Origin: Candidatus Latescibacterota bacterium
GTDB lineage: Bacteria; Latescibacterota; UBA2968; GCA-2709665
DNA: 64,000 nt
NCBI GenBank assembly: GCA_965226795.1
Contig: CBDDDZ010000005.1
Span: 1,440,001 to 1,504,000, forward strand
Direction: 5' to 3'
Below the pieces are notes generated by a model, which made no database searches, was not told the origin of the DNA, and saw only the letters and a list, made by a program, of their open reading frames with translations. A program made the translations under genes and the position numbers. Within the stretch, counting starts at the first letter, position 1, and each line of letters starts with the position of its first letter. Shown here piece after piece: positions 39,455 through 50,389 of this stretch.

Positions 39455-42321
39455 ATGAAGGCCCTGTTGGCAGCGCTTGAACGGGAACTTTCCGGTGAGG
39501 TTCGGTTCGATAAGGCTTCACGGATTCTATACAGCACCGATGCGAGCATGTATCAGATCGAACCGTTGGGGGTGGTTCTGCCCAGACATCGACAGGACGT
39601 CCTGCGGGTCATTCGTCTGGCGCGGGAGTTCGGTGTACCCGTATTGCCGCGCGGCGGCGGCACGGCACTTGCAGGACAGTGCGTGGGCCCGGCTGTGATT
39701 ATGGATTTGTCGAAATTTATGAATGATATCCTCGAATTGAACGAGGAAGAGGGATGGGTGCGGGTTCAGCCGGGCGTAGTACTGGACGAATTGAATTCGC
39801 ATCTGAAGCCTTATGGTCTGCAATTCGCCCCGGACGTGGCGACAAGCAGTCGAGCGACGATTGGTGGGATGATCGGGAACAATTCGGCGGGGGCCCATTC
39901 GGTAATCTACGGGAAGACAATCGACCACGTACTGGAACTGAAGGTGGCGCTTGCGGACGGCACAGAAACCCTTTTCAGGGATATGTCCGACGAGGAACTA
40001 GCCGACAAAACCAGGCAGACGGACCTGGAAGGCCGGGCATACAGGGAAGTCGTCCGGCTTGCCCGGAACCACCGTGCGGAAATCGATCGGCGGTACCCGA
40101 AGATTCTGCGGCGCGTGGGCGGTTACAATCTCGACGAATTCACCAAGCGACAACCGTTCAATATGTGCCGCATGATTCTGGGGTCGGAGGGAACCCTCGC
40201 CACCGTACTGGAAGCCAAGTTGCGCGTGATTCCGCTTCCGCGCGCCAGGGTGTTGGGGGTGGTACAGTTCGGTGATCTCATTGAATCAATGGCGGCGGTT
40301 TCACCCATACTGGAGACCGGACCGGCGGCTGTGGAACTGGTGGATCGCATGATACTGGAGCAAACCCGAGGATCGATCGCACTGTCCGGGGAACGCGGCT
40401 GGGTTGAAGGAGATCCCAGGGCGGTGCTTGTGGTGGAGTATTTCGGAGATTCTCTTGACGTGTTGATTCCGCGGCTTGAGGCGCTCGAGGCCAAAATGTC
40501 GGAACATGGTCTCGGCTATGGATTTCGACGGGCGGTGACGGCCGAGGAGCAGGCGAATGTCTGGAACGTGCGCCAGTCGGGCCTGGGATTGCTGATGGGT
40601 GTCAAGGGGGATACGAAACCGGTGGCTTTTGTGGAGGATTCCGCCGTTTCGCCGGAGAAGCTGCCGGATTATATCCGCGACTTCGAGCGGATTGTGCGTG
40701 AGCACGATACGACGGCCGGCTACTACGCGCATGCCAGTGTGGGATTGCTTCACATCCGGCCGATGGTGAATTTGAAAACGGCGGCGGGAGTAGCCAAAAT
40801 GAGGTCGATCGCGGAAGCCGTTCTGGATCTGGTGTTGAGATACAGTGGTGCGATGAGCGGTGAGCACGGTGATGGCCTTGCTCGAAGTTGCTGGAACGAA
40901 CGGGTTTTCGGGTCCACGCTGTACAATGCGTTCCGGGAAATAAAACGTGCGTTCGATCCGGAGGGGCTGATGAATCCGGGAAAGATCGTCGACGCGCCCA
41001 TGATGACGGAAAACTTGCGGTTCGGTCCCGAATACCGCGCTCAGGAGCCACGCACCCACTTCGACTTTTCGGCCGACGGGGGATTCCACCGGGCGGTGGA
41101 GATGTGCAACGGCGTGGGTGCATGCCGAAAAAAACTCCAGGGTACGATGTGCCCTTCCTACATGGCCACTCTCGACGAGGCCCATTCCACACGCGGTAGG
41201 GCGAATGCGCTCCGCGCCGCCATATCGGGGGGGCTTCAGGGTGGGCTGGCCGACGAGCGGGTCTACGAGATCCTGGACCTGTGCCTGGAGTGCAAAGCGT
41301 GCAAGTCGGAATGCCCGTCCAATGTGGACATGGCCAAAATCAAGTATGAATTCCTTGCACACTATTACGATACGCATGGAAGACCGCTGCGGGAATGGTT
41401 GTTCGGCAATATCGATACCCTGAATCGTGCCGGATGCGCGCTGGCGCCCCTATCCAATTGGGTTGCCAGCACCAGGCTCGCCAGGCTGGGTATGCAGTTT
41501 CTGGGCATCGCACCGGAAAGGGCATTGCCGCCGTTCGCACGCCGGACGTTCACCGATTGGTTTGCGAGGCGCAGCAAGCGACAGAGCGAACGGAAGGTGG
41601 TGCTCTTCAATGATACCTACCTCACGTTCAATGAACCCGACATCGGTATTGCGGCCACGCGCTTTCTGGAGGCTGCGGGATATGAGGTAATCCTGCCGAC
41701 AAAGCGCTGCTGCGGAAGGCCGCTCCTGTCCAGTGGCATGATTGAGCAGGTCAAAGACAATCTGGCGTTCAACATGCGGCACCTTCATACGTACGTCGCG
41801 CAGGGGTACGATATCGTGGGTTTTGAACCCAGTTGCGTATCAATGTTGACGGACGATTACCCTGAGCTGAACGCGGACCCCCGTGTCCGGGAGGTGTCCG
41901 AGCGGTGCTATACCGTGGAGTCCTATCTGAGCCTGCTGGCGGAACGGGGCGAACTGCAGGTGTCATTCTCGAATTTGAAGAAGGAGATACTTGTCCACGG
42001 GCACTGCCATCAGAAGGCTCTCTGGGGCATGGCACCGTCGCTCGAGGCATTGAATATGCCACCCGATACTCGGCATCAGCCATTGATTCAGCCTGCTGCG
42101 GTATGGCCGGCGCATTTGGTTATCAGGTGGAGCACTACGACATTTCGCTGAAAATGGGCGAAGACCGGCTCCTGAACGTTGTCCGTGAAGCGGGGCCGGA
42201 AACGGAGATCGCTGCCGCCGGGCTGTCGTGCCGGCAGCAGATTCTCCATGCAACCGGACGGACCGCGCGTCATCCGATTCAGATTCTGTGGGAGGCGGTT
42301 GCATCCGCAAAAGATGAATGA
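39455..42321 (+). pseudogene. FAD-binding/(Fe-S)-binding oxidoreductase (GlcD/D-lactate dehydrogenase-like fusion), frameshift near 42065 (pseudogene or sequence error)
   Basis: RGGGT.LAGQ, GSEGTL, SGEHGDG, CNGVGAC, CLECKACKSECP, CCGRP, HGHCHQ; the last CCG domain (CCGMAGAFGY..SCRQQ..HP) is in another frame; adding one G at CCCG^ATAC restores PPGYSA. Confidence 0.8.
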
Positions 42322-42599
42322 GTGCCCTGCGGCGAATCCATGTCCGGGTAAACGGTGTTGTTCAGGGGGTGGGTTTTCGTTTTTTTTTGTGCCGCGTGGC
42401 GCGGAACCTTGGCCTCGTCGGGTACGTGCGCAATCGCGCCGACGGGAGCGTGGAACTCGAAGCGGAAGGGGAGCCCTCTGGCGTATCGGCTCTGATCGAT
42501 GCCGTGGGCAAAGGGCCACCCGGCGCCCTTGTGCGGAACACAGCGGCACATCCACGTCCTGTTCAGTGTTCCGAAACCGAATTTGAGCTACGCTGGTAG
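42318..42599 (+). CDS. acyP: Acylphosphatase
   Basis: VNGVVQGVGFR, GYVRNRADGSVE. Confidence 0.92.
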   Translation: MSALRRIHVRVNGVVQGVGFRFFLCRVARNLGLVGYVRNRADGSVELEAEGEPSGVSALIDAVGKGPPGALVRNTAAHPRPVQCSETEFELRW

Positions 42600-42614
42600 A
42601 AAGTGGGGTGCGTT

Positions 42615-43127
42615 ATGGATCTGTCGAGATATATTCGGGAAGTACCTGATTTTCCGAGACCGGGCATCCTTTTCAAGGATATTACGACCCTTTTGAAGGA
42701 GCCCGCGGTACTCGATGCCGCAGTTCGACAGCTTGCAGAACCGTACCGGAATGCGGGTGTATCGCTTGTGGCAGGGATCGAGTCCAGGGGGTTCATTCTG
42801 GGCGCGGCCGTAGCCCGCGATCTGGGCGCGGGATTCGTGCCCATTCGAAAATCCGGCAGGTTGCCCGCGGAAACGGCTTCGGCGAGTTACGCGCTGGAAT
42901 ACGGTACGGATAGCATTGAAATTCATACCGACGCGATCGTCCCGGGTCAACGTGTGCTGCTCATAGACGATTTGCTGGCAACTGGAGGTACCATGGAAGC
43001 CGCGGTCAGCCTCGTGAAGGGACTTGGGGGTCGGATCCCGGGTATTGCATTTCTGATCGAATTGACCGCACTCGACGGACGCTCGAAATTGCAGGGTGAA
43101 AATGTTATGGCGCTGGTCTCCTATTAG
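42615..43127 (+). CDS. apt: Adenine phosphoribosyltransferase
   Basis: PDFPRPGILFKDIT, ESRGF, YALEYG, IDDLLATGGT. Confidence 0.96.
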   Translation: MDLSRYIREVPDFPRPGILFKDITTLLKEPAVLDAAVRQLAEPYRNAGVSLVAGIESRGFILGAAVARDLGAGFVPIRKSGRLPAETASASYALEYGTDSIEIHTDAIVPGQRVLLIDDLLATGGTMEAAVSLVKGLGGRIPGIAFLIELTALDGRSKLQGENVMALVSY

Positions 43128-43362
43128 GCGCCCGCCACGCGGTCCGGGTAGACGTCCGTTGCCTGTTCGAGTGGATAGTGTGAAGTTGTTCGAGAAAACC
43201 GATCGTGCGAGGACGCTTCGGTGTAATCAGGCTCGCGTGGACGTGGTCTTCGCAGTTTGGTTGGCGGTTGTCGAGTCCTCGGCCGCCGGTGTCCCGCCAG
43301 TGTTGGAAATACATCGTTCGAAACGGGCGGGATATTTGAAAGCGTCCACATCTCGAATCGAT

Positions 43363-43435
43363 GCCCCTGTAGCTCAGTGGATAGAGTAGCGGATTCCTAA
43401 TCCGTTGGTCGCAGGTTCGAGTCCTGCCAGGGGCA
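43363..43435 (+). tRNA. tRNA-Arg(CCT)
   Basis: GCCCCTGTAGCTCAGTGGATAGAGTAGCGGATTCCTAATCCGTTGGTCGCAGGTTCGAGTCCTGCCAGGGGCA; CCA not encoded. Confidence 0.95.
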
Positions 43436-43658
43436 TTTAGTTCTTCCGGAAACGGGCGCGGCATCTGGCCGCACAGAAAATATCCCATGCGGTCAAGCCT
43501 CAAGGGAAGTTGCGTTTCCAGGCTTTCCCGGTTGACATTGTACTGATCGAGATCGCATCCGGTGTCGGTATCTGCATCGCGTTTCACGTTGCGACACCGG
43601 TGTTTCGCGTCGATCCGCGGTTGGCGCAAGCGTCTTGAATTCTCCTGGGCAGGCAGTT

Positions 43659-44098
43659 GTGGGATTTCAAATCAACGAAACATTGCTGTTGCGTTTTCCC
43701 CGGGAACAAGCCTTCCATTTCTTTTCCGAGGCCGGAAATCTGGGTCGACCCACGCCACCGTGGCTCCGGTTCTCGATAAGAAGTTCCCAGCCAATTGAAA
43801 TGGCACAAGGGACGGTCATCAACTACAGGATCAGGATCCACGGTGTGCCCGTGAATTGGGAAAGCGAAATTGCCCTCTGGCGGCCGCCGTTTGAGTTCTG
43901 CGATGTCCAGCGCCGGGGACCTTGCCGTTTCTGGATCCATCGGCAAATTTTCGAAGAAACACTGGAGGCACCCTGGTGACTGACAAGGTCGATTACGCCG
44001 TCCACGGCGATAGGCTGGTGAGTCGTCTGTTCGTTGCGCGAGATTTGAGAAAAATCTTCGCCTGTCGAAGAGCAAATCCAATCGAACAGTTTCCCTGA
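43659..44098 (+). pseudogene. SRPBCC family protein, frameshifted near 43958
   Basis: FFSEAGNL..TPPWLRF, G.VINYRI, W.SEI..W.PP.EFCDVQ.RGP; continuation GGTLVTDKVDY...DLRKIF is in another frame. Confidence 0.72.
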
Positions 44099-44173
44099 CA
44101 CACACGGATGCGCTTACCGGCGGTGCCACCAGCCCGTGGCGAACGCCGTTATAAATGGGGAAGTCGAGAACGG

Positions 44174-45211
44174 ATGGTGCGAATTACGTCGGTCAGAGCA
44201 ATCCAGCCGGAATCCGCCGGAAGTCCGAACGACTGGCGGACATGGATGGGTCAGATCGCGGTCAGCGTTGAGACGGAAGACGGGCTGACGGGCTATGGCG
44301 TCGGTGGTGGTGGCGCGGCGGGCATTCACGTTATAGAGACCGAATTGCGCCGGCTTCTTATAGGCAGCGACGCAACCCCGGTCGAAGACCTTTGGGTCGA
44401 AATGTATCGGGCAACGCTGCCTTACGGGCGGAAGGGTATCGCGGTGATGGCGATCAGCGGCGTGGATCTGGCGTTGTGGGATCTGAGGGGAAAACGTGAA
44501 GGAAAGCCAATAGCCGTGGTTTTGGCCGGAAAAAACGCATACCATCCGAAAGCTGTTCACTGCTACATGACGGGATTCTCGGCCGAAGAGGTTATTCGTT
44601 CCGGCGCAAACGGGTTCCACGCGCTCAAGTTTCATGCGGGGCTGAACCGGAACCAGGACATCGCAGAGGTGGTTGTTCCGATTCGACGCGTGAGGGACAC
44701 CCTCGGGCCTGATGTTCGTCTGATGGCAGACGCGGCGATGAAGCTGGACGCCGATACGGCGCTGCGCCTCGTCGACGCTTTGCAGGGATGTAATCTGGAA
44801 TGGCTCGAGGAACCGCTGCCGCCAGAGGATCTGGAAGGATATGGGAAACTGCGCGACCAGAGCCCGATACCCATCGCAGGCGGGGAACATGAATACACGG
44901 CAGCCGCTTTCGACGTTCTGATGAGGGAGCGTCTGCACGCAATCGTACAGCCGGACGCGACCTGGTGTGGTGGACTTACGGAACTGGTGAAGATATACGC
45001 CATGGGCGAGAAATACGGTGTTCGGGTGTGTCCCCATCGTGGAAGCGAAATCTGGGCGCTGCACGCGATTGCGTCAATAGATCCCGATCCACTGGCCGAA
45101 TCGGGCCGACCGTGGATCGACTGGGTGAACGGGCAACCTGAAATCGTAAATGGAAGTGTCACAAACGGAAGCGCGTCCGGCTTCGGGGTCGGGCTGCCCA
45201 TCTCGCCGTGA
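44174..45211 (+). CDS. Mandelate racemase/muconate lactonizing enzyme family (sugar-acid dehydratase-like)
   Basis: YGRKG..MAISGVDLALWDL.GK, LMAD, WLEEP, AGGEHE, QPD..WCGGLTE. Confidence 0.9.
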   Translation: MVRITSVRAIQPESAGSPNDWRTWMGQIAVSVETEDGLTGYGVGGGGAAGIHVIETELRRLLIGSDATPVEDLWVEMYRATLPYGRKGIAVMAISGVDLALWDLRGKREGKPIAVVLAGKNAYHPKAVHCYMTGFSAEEVIRSGANGFHALKFHAGLNRNQDIAEVVVPIRRVRDTLGPDVRLMADAAMKLDADTALRLVDALQGCNLEWLEEPLPPEDLEGYGKLRDQSPIPIAGGEHEYTAAAFDVLMRERLHAIVQPDATWCGGLTELVKIYAMGEKYGVRVCPHRGSEIWALHAIASIDPDPLAESGRPWIDWVNGQPEIVNGSVTNGSASGFGVGLPISP

Positions 45212-45434
45212 TGAGATCACTGGATTTCCGGGGGCGTTTTCATTCAGTGCCTCCAGCGAATTCTTGCAACGGCGCTTGGGCGGGAATCAGGGCGGGTCTT
45301 GTTTCGAGCCTGGATTGGCGCGGCAGCCAAACGTACGGCGGTCCCGGTTCCGCGAGAATAGGGAGACCGTGAGGGGTTAATTGCGATACATACAGACCTG
45401 TCGCAGACGCATTCCGGTCGGGGTGGCATAGGGG

Positions 45435-45463
45435 TTGACATCAGATCTGGAATACCATACTAT
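45435..45463 (+). promoter_or_regulatory. Near-consensus sigma70 promoter
   Basis: TTGACA-17 nt-TACTAT. Confidence 0.7.
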
Positions 45464-45598
45464 TTGGTGGATTGTCGCCCTTCACTGCACCCGCGGCTCC
45501 TGCGTTCGGATCGGCATCTGCGGACGGAGCTGGTTTGATTCGCAATCCGAACGCCCTGTGCGCGTCTCCCCCGGATGTTATGAGAAATCGGGAGGAGT

Positions 45599-45949
45599 AT
45601 GATGTCCCCTGAACATGAAAAATATCTCGAAGACGATCGGATAATGGCGAATCTCGTAGATCCGGTTGATGCCGAAGCGTTTACAAACTTAATGGAATAC
45701 GCCCACCAGAGGGCCATGAGCGCCGCGGATTTTATACGTGAAGTGCCTGAACGCACCTCACGAAAGGCGATTCGGAGGCTGTGCCTGAAAGACAGGAAGC
45801 GAACGTTGCGTGCGAGAATGTCCTCCTTCGCCAAGAACTTATGGGCTCGCCCCGCTGTGGATCCGGAGACCACCCATATTCAGTCACTCTACCCACCCCG
45901 CGACCGGCCACAGATTCCGGGCGGGAACGGACAGAAACCCAAACGATGA
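45599..45949 (+). CDS. Hypothetical protein (116 aa)
   Basis: RBS GGAGGAG immediately upstream, promoter upstream, ATGA coupling to the next ORF. Confidence 0.6.
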   Translation: MMSPEHEKYLEDDRIMANLVDPVDAEAFTNLMEYAHQRAMSAADFIREVPERTSRKAIRRLCLKDRKRTLRARMSSFAKNLWARPAVDPETTHIQSLYPPRDRPQIPGGNGQKPKR

Positions 45950-46128
45950 TGCAGGAAAACCGACAGGCGTTACAGGTGCACATTCACGAACTGGAAGAAC
46001 TGGTCGAGGCGATGCTTGTACATGCGCGATCCGGAAACCAGGAGGCCAGGGAGCGGCTGGTTCACGTGCATCGAGAGGTGATGAATAAACGGCATCGTCT
46101 CAAAGACCTGTACAGGCAGGATGGCTGA
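45946..46128 (+). CDS. Small hypothetical helical/coiled-coil protein (60 aa)
   Basis: MMQENRQALQVHIHELEELVEAML...; ATGA overlap; terminator follows. Confidence 0.55.
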   Translation: MMQENRQALQVHIHELEELVEAMLVHARSGNQEARERLVHVHREVMNKRHRLKDLYRQDG

Positions 46129-46145
46129 AGGGTCGGACCTAAAGA

Positions 46146-46209
46146 GCGAAATATGTCGGGCAAGTTCCGAGACGCTTACCGGAGTTGTGCCGCATATTTC
46201 GCCTTTTTT
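46146..46209 (+). terminator. Intrinsic terminator
   Basis: GCGAAATATG...CATATTTCGC long stem followed by TTTTTT. Confidence 0.6.
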
Positions 46210-46226
46210 GATTCATGCGGACTGAG

Positions 46227-46649
46227 ATGCGAATTCTTGCGGTAGACTATGGCCGCCGCCGCGTGGGCCTGGCCGTTTCCGACGAACTGGGTTTGGCCGG
46301 ACGGGGGTTACCGACGATTCAGGCGGGCTCACAAAGCTCAGCGGTAGATTCCGTGGCACAGGTGGCCTCGGACGTTGGGGCAGCCGCACTACTCGTCGGC
46401 CTGCCGCTCAATATGGATGGTAGCCGTGGGCCGATGGCTGAAGCGGCCGAAGCATTCGCTACCGCATTGAATCGAACAACGGGGCTGCCTGTTCGTCTGT
46501 GGGATGAACGACTGACCACCGTTGCCGCGCGACGTGCGATAAGGGAAATTGGGGCCAGGGATCGAAAAACAAAGGGCCTTGTGGATCGGATGGCGGCGGT
46601 TTTGCTTCTGAATAACTATCTGCTGGCGCAGGATTCGGCGGAACCGTGA
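46227..46649 (+). CDS. ruvX: Holliday junction resolvase-like protein RuvX/YqgF
   Basis: MRILAVDYGRRRVGLAVSD, VGLPLNMDG, WDERLTT, VDRMAA. Confidence 0.94.
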   Translation: MRILAVDYGRRRVGLAVSDELGLAGRGLPTIQAGSQSSAVDSVAQVASDVGAAALLVGLPLNMDGSRGPMAEAAEAFATALNRTTGLPVRLWDERLTTVAARRAIREIGARDRKTKGLVDRMAAVLLLNNYLLAQDSAEP

Positions 46650-47740
46650 TGGGAACCCAGGAAAAACACGGCCTGTCGCCGATCGGTTCGGATGGTCGCC
46701 GGTCCTGGAGATCTCACGTTTTCGGGTCGGCGATCGTTCGTTTAATATTCACGCTCATCTGTGTGGGTGCTTTGGGCCTGGTGCTGGTTGTCCTTGCAAT
46801 GAACCGTCCGACAGGATCAGGGCCGAGAGAAATCGTCATTCAGAATGGGATGACAGTTGTACAGATCGGAAGGTTGTTGCGCCATGAGAAGGTGATTCGA
46901 AGTCCACAGCTTCTCATCCTGTTTTCCATATTTAACGGTACCAGCAGGCAACTCAAGGCCGGGTTTCACCGGTTCCAGGAGGGCATGAGTACCTGGGAAG
47001 TCCTCAAAGAACTGTCCGTGTCCAGAGACAATTACCGCGTTGTGACCCTCCCGGAAGGCATGACCCTGGAGCAGACGCTCCGGCGCCTGGCGGCTGAATT
47101 GGATCTGGACGAGGGGAAAATGAGGGGTCTCGCGTCTGATCCCGGATATTGTCGCCGATCGGGTGTAACCGCGGATAACCTCGAGGGTTACCTCTTTCCC
47201 GAAACCTATCGGTTTTCGCTGACGATGGACGAAGAGCAAGTCATCCGGATGCCGGTACGGCATTTCTTCAGGATTTTCGATGGGAAAATGGCGGCGCGAG
47301 CGCGTCAGATGGACATGTCGGTACATGACGTCGTCACGCTGGCCTCCATTATCGAAGGCGAAGCGCTGTTGGATGAAGAACGGGCGACGATCTCGGCGGT
47401 CTATCACAACCGGCTCAAGCGAGGGATGTATCTCCAGGCCGATCCGACGATCCAATATGCCATTGAGGGAGGTCCCCGCAGGTTGTTTAACAAAGATTAC
47501 AAGATCGACTCCCCCTACAATACCTATCGCCATCGCGGGTTACCGCCCGGTCCCGTGATGAATCCGGGGGCCGCGTCGCTGAAGGCTGCACTTTACCCGG
47601 CGGAGGTGGACTACCTCTTTTTTGTGGCCAGGGGAGACGGATCGCACGTGTTCAGCAGAACTTCCCGCGAACATAACGACGCGGAGCGGAAGACAAGGTG
47701 GGTCAGAAGACGCGGCTGGAAAACGCCCGGGACCCCTTGA
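46649..47740 (+). CDS. mltG: Endolytic transglycosylase MltG
   Basis: N-terminal TM, LEGYLFPETY, LASIIE.E, LQADPT, SPYNTY..GLPPGP..NPG. Confidence 0.94.
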   Translation: MGTQEKHGLSPIGSDGRRSWRSHVFGSAIVRLIFTLICVGALGLVLVVLAMNRPTGSGPREIVIQNGMTVVQIGRLLRHEKVIRSPQLLILFSIFNGTSRQLKAGFHRFQEGMSTWEVLKELSVSRDNYRVVTLPEGMTLEQTLRRLAAELDLDEGKMRGLASDPGYCRRSGVTADNLEGYLFPETYRFSLTMDEEQVIRMPVRHFFRIFDGKMAARARQMDMSVHDVVTLASIIEGEALLDEERATISAVYHNRLKRGMYLQADPTIQYAIEGGPRRLFNKDYKIDSPYNTYRHRGLPPGPVMNPGAASLKAALYPAEVDYLFFVARGDGSHVFSRTSREHNDAERKTRWVRRRGWKTPGTP

Positions 47741-47758
47741 ATAGAGGAAATCGAGGGA

Positions 47759-49912
47759 ATGCAGCCCATTCTGGAGGGGTTGAACGAACAGCAGAAAGAG
47801 GCGGTGTGCGTCGTGGATCGCCCGGTTCTCGTCCTGGCGGGGGCCGGATCCGGCAAGACACGAGTGCTGACCCGCCGTATAGCCTACCTGATTGACGTTT
47901 GCGGCGTCCATCCTGGCGCAATTGTGGCCATGACGTTTACCAACAAGGCAGCGGGTGAGATGAATGGCCGCGTAGAGAATCTGTTAAACCGAACCACCAG
48001 GGGCTTGTGGCTGGGGACGTTCCACTCCCTGTGCGCGCGAATCTTAAGGAGGGAGCCCGGCGCGGCCGGCCTGGACTCCAATTTCTCCATATACGATTCT
48101 GACGACCAGCTCGCGTTGATGCGGAAGGTTATTCGAGATCAGGAGATTTCAGAGCGGCAGTTTCCTCCCCGGCAGGTTCGGGCGCGAATCAGTTCCGAGA
48201 AAAGCCGCATGGTCGATCCGGTCGCATTTGCGCAACGTGCCGGTACTTTTTATGAGCAGCAGGTCGCCCGGATTTACCGGCAGTACCAATCGGCTTTACA
48301 ACAGAACAACGCCGTGGATTTTGACGATCTTCTCATGCTGACGGTGCAGGTTTTCAGAGAGGACGCGACGATCCTGGAGCGGTACCAGAACCGGTTCGCG
48401 CACTGTCTGATCGACGAGTACCAGGATACCAATCGGCCACAGTATCTTTTTGCGCGTTCGCTGGCAGGAAAGCATGGCCGCATCTTCGTGGTCGGAGACG
48501 ACGACCAGAGCATCTATGGCTGGCGCGGCGCGGATTTGGGAAACATCCTGAATTTCGAGAGGGATTTTCCCAATGCCCACGTCATCCGTCTCGAACAGAA
48601 CTACCGGTCGTCACAGGTAATTCTTGGCGCGGGAAACGCGGTGATTCGCAACAACCTCGGACGTAAGGGGAAAGAGCTCTGGACAAATCGGGATCGAGGG
48701 GAACGGATTCAGCTCACGCGGTGCGCGGACGAAGTGGACGAAGCCAAATGGATCGCTCGGAAACTGAAACTTCTCAGGGGGATGTATACCTATGGACAGA
48801 TCGCCCTACTGTACCGTACGAACGCTCAGTCACGCGCGCTGGAAGACGGATTGCGTTACCAGGCGATTCCATATGTGATTGTCGGGGGGGTGCGATTTTA
48901 CGAACGCATGGAAGTCAAGGATGTGCTTGCGTATCTCAGGCTGATCGTGAATCCCAGCGATTCGATCAGCCTGTACCGTATTGTCAATACCCCGCGCCGC
49001 GGCATTGGCCAGACCTCTCTCGCAAAACTGGAAGCCTTTGCGGCGGGCGAGGATATCACACCTTTTGACGCAATGTCGCATGCCATCGACATAGACGGCC
49101 TCACCGCCCGCGCGAGAGCAGCGATGGGTAGATTTCACGGGATGCTTGAAGGATTCCGGAGCCGATTGGAGGATGAACCGGCACACCTGCTGGCGGATCG
49201 CATCATACAGGAAACCGAATATTTGCAGACACTGGAAGAGTTGACGCCCGCCGAGACCATTTCCCGCTCCGAGAATGTGCAGGAACTGCTGGTGGCTATA
49301 GAGGATTTCGTGCGCCGGTCCGACACACCTTCTCTAGCGGCATTTTTGCGTGAAGTCGCATTGGTTACCGACGTGGACCAGTGGCGCGAGGAGACCGAAG
49401 CCGCGACGTTGATGACCTTGCATAGCGCGAAAGGACTCGAGTTTCCCGTGGTATTTATTACGGGCCTGGAAGAAGGATTGTTCCCTATCTTGAGGGAACA
49501 CGACGATCCTCTGGCTGAAGAGGCGGCCGTGGAGGAGGAGCGGCGGTTGTTTTACGTGGGCGTGACAAGGGCGCAGGACCGGCTTCTCCTGACACATGCC
49601 ACGCAGCGTCGGCGTTACGGCGGCGCATCGGCCAATTCCGAATCCAGATTCCTGCGAGAGATTCCAGGCGATCTGATCGTTCGGGGGCATGACTTTCAGG
49701 AAGAGATTTCCTTACCTGACCGGATGAAAACGTCGACAGGTGACGACCCCTTCCCGATGGAAACTGGTACGTCCATTCTCCATCCCACTTGGGGGCGCGG
49801 ACGAATTGTCGATCGCTCCGGAAGCGGTCCGGATACCAAACTCACGGTTCGCTTTCAGAACGGATCAACTAAAAAGGTGGTCGTTCGGTTCGCCGATCTT
49901 AGGCCGGGATGA
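47759..49912 (+). CDS. pcrA: ATP-dependent DNA helicase PcrA/UvrD
   Basis: AGAGSGKT, TFTNKAA, DEYQD, VGDDDQSIY, LEQNYRS, TLHSAKGLEF, EERRLFYVGVTRA. Confidence 0.94.
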   Translation: MQPILEGLNEQQKEAVCVVDRPVLVLAGAGSGKTRVLTRRIAYLIDVCGVHPGAIVAMTFTNKAAGEMNGRVENLLNRTTRGLWLGTFHSLCARILRREPGAAGLDSNFSIYDSDDQLALMRKVIRDQEISERQFPPRQVRARISSEKSRMVDPVAFAQRAGTFYEQQVARIYRQYQSALQQNNAVDFDDLLMLTVQVFREDATILERYQNRFAHCLIDEYQDTNRPQYLFARSLAGKHGRIFVVGDDDQSIYGWRGADLGNILNFERDFPNAHVIRLEQNYRSSQVILGAGNAVIRNNLGRKGKELWTNRDRGERIQLTRCADEVDEAKWIARKLKLLRGMYTYGQIALLYRTNAQSRALEDGLRYQAIPYVIVGGVRFYERMEVKDVLAYLRLIVNPSDSISLYRIVNTPRRGIGQTSLAKLEAFAAGEDITPFDAMSHAIDIDGLTARARAAMGRFHGMLEGFRSRLEDEPAHLLADRIIQETEYLQTLEELTPAETISRSENVQELLVAIEDFVRRSDTPSLAAFLREVALVTDVDQWREETEAATLMTLHSAKGLEFPVVFITGLEEGLFPILREHDDPLAEEAAVEEERRLFYVGVTRAQDRLLLTHATQRRRYGGASANSESRFLREIPGDLIVRGHDFQEEISLPDRMKTSTGDDPFPMETGTSILHPTWGRGRIVDRSGSGPDTKLTVRFQNGSTKKVVVRFADLRPG

Positions 49913-50044
49913 TCGTAAGCCGTCAGCCGCGCCGGCTATTGGTCCTCAACGCCAAAATCCTCTTGATTTCGAGTCTAATTTGACTCATATTACAATCACA
50001 ATTAAGACCGCATATAACCACAATCCATTTTCATGGGTTTGTTT

Positions 50045-50332
50045 ATGTCGGTTACGCTGGAAGATGTACGAAAGGTTGCACAGCTTGCCCGGCTCAGGTT
50101 TGACAGGGACGAGGAGGAACGGCTGGTTGTCGACCTGAATCAGATGCTGGAGTATGCGGCCGCGCTGGAGAAACTGAATACAACCGGCGTTGCGCCCACG
50201 TCGCACGTATTGCCTGTCTATAACGTGTTTCGCGAGGACACGCCCGTTTCGTCGCTTTCCCAGACCGAGGCGCTGTCGAATGCACCGAGTTCAGGCTACG
50301 GTCATTTCAGAGTACCTAAAGTTATCGAATAG
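50045..50332 (+). CDS. gatC: Asp-tRNA(Asn)/Glu-tRNA(Gln) amidotransferase subunit C
   Basis: V..VAQLARL, NVFRED, ALSNAP, FRVPKVIE. Confidence 0.93.
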   Translation: MSVTLEDVRKVAQLARLRFDRDEEERLVVDLNQMLEYAAALEKLNTTGVAPTSHVLPVYNVFREDTPVSSLSQTEALSNAPSSGYGHFRVPKVIE

Positions 50333-50389
50333 GTTTCGGCGGTGGTTTTGTCAACACCGCCGTTCTTTGTTGCGCCTGTGGAGGAGCGG

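Noticed and set aside
18130..43435. Integrative element or prophage at either tRNA
   Set aside because: No integrase or phage genes, and I saw no duplicated tRNA 3' end by eye (not an exhaustive search).
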